The notes under the pieces were generated by a model. It was given only the letters and a program-made list of their open reading frames with translations. It was not told the origin of the DNA and did not search any database. A DNA stretch of 64,000 bases from Candidatus Kuenenia stuttgartensis (GTDB taxonomy: Bacteria; Planctomycetota; Planctomycetia; Pirellulales; UBA1268), in the NCBI GenBank assembly GCA_945891385.1, contig CAMDDJ010000001.1, forward strand, positions 28,921 to 92,920, read 5' to 3'. The translations under genes were made by a program, and so were the position numbers. Below are positions 40,635 through 49,318 of this stretch, piece after piece (within the stretch, counting starts at the first letter, position 1; each line of letters starts with the position of its first letter).

Positions 40635-42626
40635 ATGCATCCGATCCGCATCGGGGGCTGTGCCCTCAACCAGACGCCGCTCGACTGGGACGGCAACCGC
40701 GACCGGATTGTGGCCGCGATCAACGCTGCCCGGGCTGATGCGGTTTCGATTCTCTGTTTGCCCGAACTCTGTATTTCGGGATACGGCTGCGAAGACGCCT
40801 TCTTCGCCCCGGGGGTTCAGCGGATGGCGTGGCGGGTGCTGCAAGAGATCCTGCCGCACACCGAGGGGATCGCGGTGGCCCTCGGCTTGCCGGTTCGGTT
40901 CGAGAACGGGCTCTACGACGCCGTCGCGGTTGCTGCCGACGGGCGGCTTGCCGGCATCGCCTGCAAGCAGCACCTGGCCGGCGATGGGATCCACTACGAG
41001 CCGCGCTGGTTTCGACCCTGGCCCCGCGGCCGCCGGGGACGGCTCCGGTCAGGGGACTGCGACCTGCCGATCGGCGACCTGCGGTTCGAAATCGGGGGCG
41101 TGCGGCTTGGCTTCGAGATCTGCGAAGACGCCTGGGCGGCCGACCGGCCCGGTGCCGCGCTGGCGGCCCGCGGCATCGACCTGATCCTCAATCCCTCGGC
41201 GAGCCACTTTGCCTTCGGCAAGGAGGAGATCCGCAGGCGGTTTGTCCTCGAGGGCTCACGGGCGTTTGCCGCGGGCTATGTCTACGCCAACCTCGTCGGC
41301 AACGAGGCGGGCCGGGCCGTCTACGATGGCAGCGTGCTGATTGCCGCCGGGGGCGCGATGATCGCCGCCGGGCGGCGTTTTTCCTTCGCCGATCGGGCCG
41401 GGACGGCGGCAAATCTCGACCTCGACGCGCTCCGGCCGGCACAGGCCCGCCTCACCACCTCGGCGTCCTACTCGGCCGACGACCTGGTGGCCGTGGCGTT
41501 CCCTCCGCTGCTGGCCGAGGGCCATCCTGTCGTTCGTGACGGCCGAGACGTGTGGGAGTCGGGCGGAAACGTCAAGGAGGAGGAATTTGCCCGGGCCGTA
41601 TCGCTCGGGCTCTACGACTACGCCCGCAAGAGCCGTTCGCGGGGCTATGTCGTCTCGGCGAGCGGCGGGGCCGATTCGTCGGCGGTCGCCTGCCTGGCGG
41701 CGATCGGCGTGCACCTCGCTGCGGCTGAACTTGGGCCCGAAGCCGCCGCCCATCGCCTGGGTCTGCCGCTGCTCACCGGGCGGGGAGACTCCGCGAACGA
41801 GTTCCGCGGGCTCGTGGCGGCGGCACTCACCTGCGTCTACCAGTCCACGGCCAATTCGGGGCCGGTAACCCGGGCCGCGGCCCGCGAGCTGGCGACCGGA
41901 CTCGGAGCCGTCTTTCACGAGTTCGACGTGGAGCCAGTTGTCCGAGACTACGAGCGAATCGTCTCGACCGCGATCGGCCGCGCCCTCTCCTGGGATCTCG
42001 ACGACATCCCGCTGCAGAACATTCAGGCCCGAGCTCGGGCTCCGGGCGTCTGGCTGCTCGCCAACCTCACCGGTGCGTTGCTGGTTTCGACCAGCAATCG
42101 CTCCGAGGCTGCGGTCGGTTACGCCACGATGGATGGCGACACGGCTGGGGGCATCGCCCCGATCGCCGGCATCGACAAGGCCTATCTCCGCCGCTGGCTC
42201 GTCTGGCTCGAAAAGGTCGGCCCGGTGGGAGTCGGGCCGATTCCGGCCCTCGCGACGGTCAACGCCCAGCAGCCGACGGCGGAGTTGAGACCGGCCGAAT
42301 CAGGCCAGACCGATGAAGCCGACCTGATGCCCTACGACGTGCTCGACGCCGTCGAGCGGGCGGCGATCCGCGACCGGCAGTCGCCGGTCGAGGTGTGGCG
42401 GCGACTCTGTCTCGAGTTTCCGCAGCGCGGCCCCGGCCAACTGGCGATGTGGGTCGAGCGGTTCTTTACGCTCTGGAGTCGCAACCAATGGAAACGGGAG
42501 CGGTATGCCCCGTCGTTCCATCTCGACGACGAGAACCTCGATCCCAAGACCTGGTGCCGGTTTCCGATCCTCTCTGGAGGATTCGTCCGAGAACTCGCGG
42601 AGCTCCGGGCTGCCGCGGGCGGCTGA
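40635..42626 (+). CDS. nadE: glutamine-dependent NAD+ synthetase (CN-hydrolase + PP-loop domains)
   Basis: LCLPELCISGYGCEDAFF, FEICEDAW, YVVSASGGADSS. Confidence 0.88.
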   Translation: MHPIRIGGCALNQTPLDWDGNRDRIVAAINAARADAVSILCLPELCISGYGCEDAFFAPGVQRMAWRVLQEILPHTEGIAVALGLPVRFENGLYDAVAVAADGRLAGIACKQHLAGDGIHYEPRWFRPWPRGRRGRLRSGDCDLPIGDLRFEIGGVRLGFEICEDAWAADRPGAALAARGIDLILNPSASHFAFGKEEIRRRFVLEGSRAFAAGYVYANLVGNEAGRAVYDGSVLIAAGGAMIAAGRRFSFADRAGTAANLDLDALRPAQARLTTSASYSADDLVAVAFPPLLAEGHPVVRDGRDVWESGGNVKEEEFARAVSLGLYDYARKSRSRGYVVSASGGADSSAVACLAAIGVHLAAAELGPEAAAHRLGLPLLTGRGDSANEFRGLVAAALTCVYQSTANSGPVTRAAARELATGLGAVFHEFDVEPVVRDYERIVSTAIGRALSWDLDDIPLQNIQARARAPGVWLLANLTGALLVSTSNRSEAAVGYATMDGDTAGGIAPIAGIDKAYLRRWLVWLEKVGPVGVGPIPALATVNAQQPTAELRPAESGQTDEADLMPYDVLDAVERAAIRDRQSPVEVWRRLCLEFPQRGPGQLAMWVERFFTLWSRNQWKRERYAPSFHLDDENLDPKTWCRFPILSGGFVRELAELRAAAGG

Positions 42627-42633
42627 GCCCTCC

Positions 42634-42697
42634 GCGGCTCAGGGGCCGACGATACGCCCCTGTGCTCCGCGAGCGTTCGCCGACCCCCTCGCCTTCC
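42634..42697 (+). repeat. dispersed hairpin repeat, copy C (internally deleted)
   Basis: gcggctcagggg/ccgacgatacgcccctgtgctccgcgagcgttcgccgaccccctcgcc. Starts 7 nt after the nadE stop. Confidence 0.6.
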
Positions 42698-42811
42698 CGT
42701 GGCCGTTCGTCTCGTCGTCGCGCGAGCGGCGCGAAACGCGGCCCAAACCGCTCTCGTCGGCCCGGTGGGGGCCTGCTAGAGTCCCGGCCCGATTTCTCCG
42801 GAGGCCTCGCC

Positions 42812-43717
42812 GTGCGCCGTTTCCGCAGTCTGCCCGCCTTGATCGTGGTCATCCTCTGCCGGTTGAGCGCGGAATCGACCTCCTCCGGGCAGCCGGTCGG
42901 CCAGCCCCCGTCCGCCACGGCCCAAACCCCCGCTCAACGCGTGGCCGTGGCACCCCCGGCACAGCCTCCGGTGCTGTCGCCTCAGGAGCAGGCGATGCTC
43001 GACCAGTTGCTGGCGGCCTGGGAGGCCCGCAATGCCGCGGTGCGTACCTGGTCGTGCACGTTCCACAAGTGGGAGTACAACGCCTGGAGCCCGGCCGGCC
43101 CGAATGGAGACCAGTTGGCATTCGCCGAGAACACCGGCGAGCTGAAGTATGCCGCGCCCGACAAGGGGCTTTTCCACGTCAAGGAATCAAAGCAATGGAG
43201 TCCCGAGGCCCGTCGTTACGAGGTGCGTAGCGGTGAGTTCGGCGAGCACTGGGTCTGCAATGGCGAGAGCATCTACGAATATCGGCACTCGGAAAAGCAG
43301 CTGCGGGAGACGCGACTGCCGCCCGAGATGCGGGGCAAGGCGATCAGCGACGGCCCGCTTCCGTTCGTCTTCGGAGCCAAGGCCGACACGCTCAAGAAGC
43401 GGTATTGGATGCGGATCATCACCCCGCCCGAGGTGCGGGATCAGGTGTGGCTCGAGGCACTGCCGAGGTACCAGGCCGACGCCGCCAATTTCTCCAAGGT
43501 CGAACTGATCCTCCAGGCTCGCGACCTGATGCCGTTTGCGATCCAAATCTACAAGCCGGGCGGAAGCGACCGGGATGTCTACCAATTCGATCCGCGGACC
43601 AACCTGATCGATAAGGGGCTCGACATGATCCGCGATTTCGCCAAGCCGATCACCCCGTTTGGCTACAAGTACGTGCTCGAGGATCTACCGGCCCAGGCCG
43701 GTTCTCCTCCCAGGTGA
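42812..43717 (+). CDS. hypothetical secreted protein
   Basis: GTG start with GGAGG 8 nt upstream. Signal-like VRRFRSLPALIVVILCRLSA, then a Pro/Ala/Gln linker and a ~230-aa globular part. The upstream part of track ORF 42395-43717 overlaps nadE and is discounted. Confidence 0.6.
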   Translation: MRRFRSLPALIVVILCRLSAESTSSGQPVGQPPSATAQTPAQRVAVAPPAQPPVLSPQEQAMLDQLLAAWEARNAAVRTWSCTFHKWEYNAWSPAGPNGDQLAFAENTGELKYAAPDKGLFHVKESKQWSPEARRYEVRSGEFGEHWVCNGESIYEYRHSEKQLRETRLPPEMRGKAISDGPLPFVFGAKADTLKKRYWMRIITPPEVRDQVWLEALPRYQADAANFSKVELILQARDLMPFAIQIYKPGGSDRDVYQFDPRTNLIDKGLDMIRDFAKPITPFGYKYVLEDLPAQAGSPPR

Positions 43718-43794
43718 CCGGCTCGTTCGGCCGCCCGCCAGGCGTCCTCGGCCGCATCTGAGAAAGCTGGAGCAGCGATTTGGCAACCTGAGCA

Positions 43795-43879
43795 GGGGAG
43801 GCGAGGGGGTCGGAAAACGCTCGGGGAGCAGAGCGGCGTATCGTCGCCCGCGCTGAGAATTTTGCCGCCTCCGAGCCGG
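43795..43879 (-). repeat. dispersed ~85-nt hairpin repeat, copy D (inverted orientation)
   Basis: The reverse complement reads ccggctcggaggcggcaaaattctcagcgcgggcgacgatacgccgctctgctccccgagcgttttccgaccccctcgcctcccc. Confidence 0.65.
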
Positions 43880-43984
43880 CGCTGCACGGAACTCGAAGGC
43901 GGTCGAGGGGTCTTCGGGCTTCCCGTGCCGGGGCGTGCGGTATACTGCCCCATCGACCCGTCAGACCTGCAGGCCACGCTTTCG

Positions 43985-44467
43985 ATGCCTCTTGTCGATC
44001 CCTCCCATCCGCTCTTCCAGCTCCTCAAGCAGGATCGGCGATACACCCTCGACGCGTATCTCTTCGTGCTCGAGGCGCTTTCCTACGCTCAGGAAACCAT
44101 GGGGCTCGGGGAGGAGCCTCCGGAAGACGAACTCGAGCCGGCCGCTGCTGAAGAGCCTGGGGAACGCCGCTCGAAAGCCAGGACGCGGCGGGAGCGGCGT
44201 CGGGTCGAGAGGCATGTGTCGGGTCGCCAACTCTGCGAAGCCGCCCGGCTCTACGGCCAGCAGCAGTACGGGTTTCTCGCCCCGACCGTACTGGGCACCT
44301 GGGGCATCCGCCGGACGGCCGACATCGGCGAGATCGTGTTCAACATGATCGACATCGGCCAGATGCGGAAGACCCGCAGCGACAAGCGGGAGGACTTTCA
44401 CGATGTCTTCGAGTTTGGCGACGCCTTTGCCCGTGACATCCCCTTCGCGGTGCCCGACGCCGTCTGA
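43985..44467 (+). CDS. conserved hypothetical protein (acidic linker + basic patch; possibly the Planctomycetes/Verrucomicrobia-restricted Minf_1886-like family, from memory only)
   Basis: MPLVDPSHPLFQLLKQDRRYTLDAYLFVLEAL...HVSGRQLCEAARLYGQQQYGFLAPTVLGTWGI. Good GC3. Confidence 0.55.
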   Translation: MPLVDPSHPLFQLLKQDRRYTLDAYLFVLEALSYAQETMGLGEEPPEDELEPAAAEEPGERRSKARTRRERRRVERHVSGRQLCEAARLYGQQQYGFLAPTVLGTWGIRRTADIGEIVFNMIDIGQMRKTRSDKREDFHDVFEFGDAFARDIPFAVPDAV

Positions 44468-44484
44468 CCTGGAGGAGCCCCGGC

Positions 44485-44577
44485 ATGACCACCGCGGGGC
44501 TGCGGCTCTGGCTGGCAATCGCCCTGGTGGCGGAGTGCCTCTGGCTTGGCCTGCTCGCCTGGATGGCCTGGCGGTGA
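44485..44577 (+). CDS. 30-aa hydrophobic micro-protein (hypothetical; below the ORF-track cut-off)
   Basis: GGAGGA lies 8 nt upstream of the ATG. MTTAGLRLWLAIALVAECLWLGLLAWMAWR*. GC3 is very high. The stop overlaps the next ATG (GTGATGG). Confidence 0.4.
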   Translation: MTTAGLRLWLAIALVAECLWLGLLAWMAWR

Positions 44578-44605
44578 TGGATCCGGTCGCCCTGGAGCCG
44601 CGGCG

Positions 44606-45406
44606 ATGAGTCCGACGCTCGCCGGAATCCCGCTGGCGATCGCGGTTCTGCCGCTGGGCGGATACCTGCTCATGATCGGCTGGTTTCACCTCCGCCGCCG
44701 GCCGGTTCTGCTTCCGGGCGCGGTCGATCTGGTGCTGTTGGCTGCCGGCGTCTCGGGGCTCGTGCTCGTCGGGCCGCTGGCGCTGGTGCAGCCGGCGATG
44801 GGCACCTCTCCTTGGGCGGCGGCGATGCTCGTGCTCCTGGGCGGGCTGATCGTCGGCGTCGCGATTCTCGTGATGCGGCCCAGGCTCGTGATCTACAACA
44901 CCACGATCGATCGGCTTCGTCCGGTGGTCGCCGAGGTTGTGAGTGGCCTCGACGATTCGGCCCGGTGGGCCGGGGAGACCGTGGCCCTGCCGGCCCGAGG
45001 ACTGCAGGTGGCTCTCGATGGCCGCGGCGTGACCCGCTGCGTGAGCCTCATCGCCACGGGAACCCGCACGTCGAACGAGGCCTGGAGCGAATTCGCCCGC
45101 CGCATCCGACGCGGTGTTCGACCGGTGCGGGTTCGGCGAAATCCGTGGGGCTTGGTGGCGGTGATGCTTGGCCTGGCGATCCTGTTCGGCGGTGTGGCCT
45201 GGAGCGTGATGTCGCGGAGGGCCGGAACGGCGTCCGGTCCGAGCGTCCCGCAGGGCTCGACACGCCTCGCTCCGCCCACGCCGGGCGGCGGGCCGCTCCA
45301 CCTCCGCCCTGCCTGCCATTCTTCGTCCGACCACTGCCGGAGATTTTTCCCATGCCCGTCCACGTCGACCTCTCTACTCACGAGATCACTGTTCCCGTCA
45401 TCGTGA
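44606..45406 (+). CDS. hypothetical polytopic membrane protein
   Basis: MSPTLAGIPLAIAVLPLGGYLLMIGWF plus at least 3 further TM helices. The C-terminal tail overlaps the pckA start by 55 nt, so the exact end is uncertain. Confidence 0.5.
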   Translation: MSPTLAGIPLAIAVLPLGGYLLMIGWFHLRRRPVLLPGAVDLVLLAAGVSGLVLVGPLALVQPAMGTSPWAAAMLVLLGGLIVGVAILVMRPRLVIYNTTIDRLRPVVAEVVSGLDDSARWAGETVALPARGLQVALDGRGVTRCVSLIATGTRTSNEAWSEFARRIRRGVRPVRVRRNPWGLVAVMLGLAILFGGVAWSVMSRRAGTASGPSVPQGSTRLAPPTPGGGPLHLRPACHSSSDHCRRFFPCPSTSTSLLTRSLFPSS

Positions 45407-46947
45407 GGAACGCACCGCCGGGTCGTCTCTACGAAGACGCCGTCTCACGGGAGCGTGCCGGGATCGTCGCCTCCGGGGCGATCGCGATCCGCTCGGGTGC
45501 CAAGACCGGCCGCAGCCCGGCCGACAAGCACGTGGTGCATCGGCCTGAGTCGGAACACGACGTCTGGTGGGGGCCGGTCAACCATCCGATCGACGAGCAC
45601 ACCTTTCTTCTCAACCGGCAGCGTGCGATCGATTACCTCAACACCCGCGATCAGATCTACGTCTGCGACGGCTACGCCGGCTGGGACCCCGCCACGCGGG
45701 TCAAGGTGCGGGTGCTCTGCGCTCGGGCCTATCACGCGCTCTTCATGCACAACATGCTGATCCGCCCCACGCTCGACGAACTGGAGCGATTTGGGGCACC
45801 CGATTACGTCATCTACAACGCCGGACAGTTTCCGGCCAATCCCTTCACAACCCAGATGACCAGCCGCACGAGCATCGACCTCTGTCTGGAGCGGCGGGAG
45901 CAGGTGATCCTCGGCACGGAATATGCCGGTGAGATGAAGAAGGGCGTGTTCAGCTTCATGCACTGGCTTCTCCCGGGCAGAGGCATCCTCTCAATGCACT
46001 GCTCGGCCAACCAGGGGCCCGATGCCGGGGGCCGCACCGGCGAGGTCTCGCTCTTCTTCGGCCTTTCGGGCACCGGCAAGACGACGCTGTCGGCCGATCC
46101 ATCCCGCAGGCTCATCGGGGACGACGAGCACGGCTGGGGTGAGCACGGCATCTTCAACATCGAAGGCGGTTGTTACGCCAAGTGCATCCACCTCGAGGAA
46201 GCCAAGGAGCCGGAGATCTGGCGGGCGATCCGGTTCGGCACGGTGCTCGAGAACGTCGTGTACGATCCGGCCACCCGGGCGGTCGATTTCGAGTCGAGCG
46301 CGATCACGGAGAACACCCGGGCCGCGTATCCGATCGAATACATCGACAACGCCCAGGTGCCGTGCGTGGGCCCGCATCCCAAGCACGTGATCTTCCTCAC
46401 CTGCGATGCCTCGGGCGTGCTGCCGCCGGTGAGCCGGCTTTCGCGGGAACAGGCGATGTACCACTTCCTCTCCGGCTACACGGCGCGAGTGGCCGGCACC
46501 GAGATGGGGATCGTGGAACCGCAGGTCGCCTTCTCCGCCTGTTTCAGCGCCGCTTTTCTCGTGCGACACCCGGCCGTCTACACCCGACTCCTGGCCGAGA
46601 AACTCCGGCGTCACGACGCCCGAGCCTGGCTGGTGAACACCGGCTGGACGGGGGGCGCGTATGGCGTGGGCACGCGGATCGACCTCGCGAGCACGCGGCG
46701 AATCATCGACGCCATCCATGCCGGAGCGCTCGACGAGGCTCCGGTGCATCGCGACCGTGTGTTCGGGCTCGACGCCGTCAGCCGCGTGCCGGGCGTGGAC
46801 GAACGGCTGTTGGTGCCCCATCGGGCCTGGAGCGACGAGGCCGCCTGGGAAGCAGCGGCCAGGAATCTGGCCGACAAATTCAAGCACAACTTCGCCACCT
46901 ACGCGGCCGAGGCCGGTCCCGACATCGTTGCCGCCGGCCCGGCCTGA
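45352..46947 (+). CDS. pckA: phosphoenolpyruvate carboxykinase (ATP)
   Basis: GRSPADKHVV, FFGLSGTGKTTLSADP, IGDDEHGW, NIEGGCYAK. The upstream 180 codons of the track ORF are Arg/Gly shadow sequence. Confidence 0.9.
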   Translation: MPVHVDLSTHEITVPVIVRNAPPGRLYEDAVSRERAGIVASGAIAIRSGAKTGRSPADKHVVHRPESEHDVWWGPVNHPIDEHTFLLNRQRAIDYLNTRDQIYVCDGYAGWDPATRVKVRVLCARAYHALFMHNMLIRPTLDELERFGAPDYVIYNAGQFPANPFTTQMTSRTSIDLCLERREQVILGTEYAGEMKKGVFSFMHWLLPGRGILSMHCSANQGPDAGGRTGEVSLFFGLSGTGKTTLSADPSRRLIGDDEHGWGEHGIFNIEGGCYAKCIHLEEAKEPEIWRAIRFGTVLENVVYDPATRAVDFESSAITENTRAAYPIEYIDNAQVPCVGPHPKHVIFLTCDASGVLPPVSRLSREQAMYHFLSGYTARVAGTEMGIVEPQVAFSACFSAAFLVRHPAVYTRLLAEKLRRHDARAWLVNTGWTGGAYGVGTRIDLASTRRIIDAIHAGALDEAPVHRDRVFGLDAVSRVPGVDERLLVPHRAWSDEAAWEAAARNLADKFKHNFATYAAEAGPDIVAAGPA

Positions 46948-46971
46948 CCCGTCCTTCAATCGGAAACGCTC

Positions 46972-47520
46972 GTGACCAGCCCGCTTCTCCATCATCGTAC
47001 TGACGCCGTCGTCTCCCACGTGCAGCGGCTGCTCGACTCGTTCGCTCGCCTGCTCGGCCGGGACTTGATCGACCGCGTGGGCACGCCGGTGGAGCAGTCT
47101 GGGCGGCTCTGGCAGGCACCCTTCGTGGTCGTCTCTCACGGCACCGAGGCCGATCCGGTGCTCGCCTACGGCAACGCCACGGCCTTGGCCCTTTGGGAGA
47201 TGACCTGGGAGGAACTAACTGTGACACCGTCCCGGCTCACGGCCGAGCCAGTCCACCGCGATGAGCGATCCCGGCTCCTGGCTCGCACCCGATCGCATGG
47301 ATTCGTGGACGACTATTCCGGCGTTCGCATCTCGAAGAATGGCCGACGGTTTCGGATTGAACGGGCCATCGTCTGGAACATCACGGATACCGCCGGTCAC
47401 CACCATGGCCAGGCGGCCACGTTCGACCACTGGACGCCGCTCGACGACGTATCGCGAAAGCCGGCCTCGGCGGCACAGTCACCGGGGCCCGACTTGCCAG
47501 GGGCCGTGCTTCCGCCTTGA
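46972..47520 (+). CDS. stand-alone MEKHLA-domain protein
   Basis: APFVVVSHGTEADPVLAYGNATALALWEMTWEELTVTPSRLTAEP...GFVDDYSGVRISKNGRRFRIERAIVWN. Confidence 0.7.
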   Translation: MTSPLLHHRTDAVVSHVQRLLDSFARLLGRDLIDRVGTPVEQSGRLWQAPFVVVSHGTEADPVLAYGNATALALWEMTWEELTVTPSRLTAEPVHRDERSRLLARTRSHGFVDDYSGVRISKNGRRFRIERAIVWNITDTAGHHHGQAATFDHWTPLDDVSRKPASAAQSPGPDLPGAVLPP

Positions 47521-47579
47521 ATACCGTACCGCCGCAGCCGTCGGCAGTCGTCCCGCCCGTTCTCAGGAGCCATACCCCG

Positions 47580-48131
47580 ATGTCGTCCCTTCCGATGCTG
47601 AGTCTGCTCGTGGCCCTGTCGTTCCTGGGCCTTGCCGTCACGGCCCGGGCGGAGTCGCCGCTCTCTGGCACGATGAAGTCGCTCGACGGCCAGGATGTCG
47701 ATCTGGCCTCCTACCAGGGGAAGGTCGTGATGGTGGTCAACGTGGCCAGCCGCTGCGGGGCCACGCCGCAGTACGCGGGGCTTCAGTCCCTGTACGAGAA
47801 GTACCGTGACCAGGGCTTCGTGATCCTTGGCTTCCCTGCCAACGACTTCGGGGCCCAAGAACCGGGCAGCGACGCCCAGATCAAGGAGTTCTGCTCGTCG
47901 AAGTACGATGTGAACTTTCCGATGTTTTCCAAGATCACCGTGAAGGGAGCCGGCAAGCCGAAGCTCTATCAGGTGCTCACGGAATCGGCCGATCCCGCCG
48001 GAGAGATCGGCTGGAATTTTGAGAAGTTCCTGATCGGCAAAGACGGTCAGATCGTGGCTCGGTTCAAGACCCGCGTCACCCCCGACGACCCGACGGTGGT
48101 GGCTACCATCGAGGCTGAACTGGCGAAGTAA
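47580..48131 (+). CDS. glutathione peroxidase family protein (Cys type), secreted
   Basis: Signal MSSLPMLSLLVALSFLGLAVTARA. NVASRCGATPQY, FPANDFGAQEPG, WNFEKFLI. AGGAG lies upstream of ATG 47580. Confidence 0.85.
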   Translation: MSSLPMLSLLVALSFLGLAVTARAESPLSGTMKSLDGQDVDLASYQGKVVMVVNVASRCGATPQYAGLQSLYEKYRDQGFVILGFPANDFGAQEPGSDAQIKEFCSSKYDVNFPMFSKITVKGAGKPKLYQVLTESADPAGEIGWNFEKFLIGKDGQIVARFKTRVTPDDPTVVATIEAELAK

Positions 48132-48154
48132 CCTACGTCGGATGTCGTGCCGCA

Positions 48155-48244
48155 CCGGCTCGGGGGCTGCGTGTGTTCGTCGGAAACGGCCGGAGGTGGC
48201 CGTGCCATCTCGTCGGACGTTCGCTGCGGCCATCCCGAGCCTCC
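48155..48244 (+). repeat. dispersed hairpin repeat, copy F (ends conserved, interior diverged)
   Basis: ccggctcgggggctgcg...cgttcgctgcggccatcccgagcctcc. Starts 23 nt after the peroxidase stop, in a convergent intergenic gap. Confidence 0.45.
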
Positions 48245-48301
48245 GCTGCCGCGTGCGGGAACGTGGGTCAGTTCTCGCGGCTGCGGGCACGTGGTGGCCG
48301 T

Positions 48302-49318
48302 TCACGCCGCCCGGGAGGTCGGGCGGGCTTCCGCCGTTCGTCCGAGCGTGCGGCGGATGACCCAGGTCGGCCGGCCCTGCACCTCGCGGTAGGTGCGGGC
48401 GACGTATTCACCGACGATTGCGACCGCCACCGTCGGCACGGTGGCGACGAGGCTGGCGATGGCGGTCAGGGCCGCCAGCGACACCTGCTCGCGAGACGGG
48501 CCGATCCAGGTCGTGAGCGTGGCGATGGTGGTGGCGATGAGGCCAGTGACAGCGAGCCCCGCCGCAGCCACCCAGGTGAGCCGCAGCGGTGCATCGGATG
48601 AGAGAATCAGGGCGTCGGTCGCGAGTTTGAGCAGCTTCCAGGGAGAATACTTCGTCTCGCCGGCCGCCCGCGGATGCCGGTCGTACCAGACCGGCTCGTG
48701 GCGAAAGCCCGCCCAGGGCACCAGGCCGCGGAGGTAGCGACGCTTCTCGGGAAGGGCGATCACCGCATCAGCCACGGCACGGTCGAGGAGTTTGAAGTCG
48801 CCGGTGTCCACCGGAACGGGATACGGCGAGAGGCTCGCGAACAGCCGGTGGTAGAGGCTCGCCGTCACGAGTTTGAAGGCTGTTTCACCGGCCCTCTGCC
48901 GTCGCCGGCCGTAGGCCACGTCGGCTCCGTTTCGCCAAGCCCGCACCATCTCGGGGATCACCTCCGGCGGATCCTGGAGGTCGGCGTCGGTGATCACGAT
49001 CGCGTCGCCCCGCGCCGCGGCGAGTCCCGCCGACATCGCCGCCTGTTGGCCGAAGTTTCGGGCGAATTCGATCACGGTCACCCGGGGATCGCGAGCCGCG
49101 ATCCCCTCGAGTCTGCCGAGTGTGTCGTCACGGCTGCCGTCGTCGACGTAGACGATCTCGTGATCCATGCCGGTGGTGGCGAGCACGGCCGTAAGCCGCG
49201 CGTGGGTGTCGTCGATCACCGCCGCCTCGTTGTGGCAGGGAATCACGATCGAGAGGAGGCCGCCCGTCGGCCGACGGCGGTCGGGCAGCCGGGTGGTATC
49301 TGGTGAAAACCCGCTCAT
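48302..49318 (-). CDS. GT2 polyprenyl-phosphate glycosyltransferase (ArnC/GtrB/DPM1-like) with C-terminal TM helices
   Basis: LSIVIPCHNEAAVI, VYVDDGSRDDT, ITDADLQDPPE. Two C-terminal hydrophobic helices. Confidence 0.8.
   Translation of the reverse strand: MSGFSPDTTRLPDRRRPTGGLLSIVIPCHNEAAVIDDTHARLTAVLATTGMDHEIVYVDDGSRDDTLGRLEGIAARDPRVTVIEFARNFGQQAAMSAGLAAARGDAIVITDADLQDPPEVIPEMVRAWRNGADVAYGRRRQRAGETAFKLVTASLYHRLFASLSPYPVPVDTGDFKLLDRAVADAVIALPEKRRYLRGLVPWAGFRHEPVWYDRHPRAAGETKYSPWKLLKLATDALILSSDAPLRLTWVAAAGLAVTGLIATTIATLTTWIGPSREQVSLAALTAIASLVATVPTVAVAIVGEYVARTYREVQGRPTWVIRRTLGRTAEARPTSRAA

Noticed and set aside
43659-43856. Short ORFs translating through the dispersed repeats (peptides such as ...GEGVGKRSGSRAAYRRP..., ...ARGEDTPRCSASVRRP...).
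   Set aside because: The copies occur in different frames and orientations relative to flanking ORFs, with indels not in multiples of three. The conservation is at the nucleotide/structure level, not the protein level.
47754-47756. Possible selenocysteine in the glutathione peroxidase active site.
   Set aside because: The active-site codon is TGC (Cys) in NVASRCGAT. There is no in-frame TGA and no SECIS-like hairpin.
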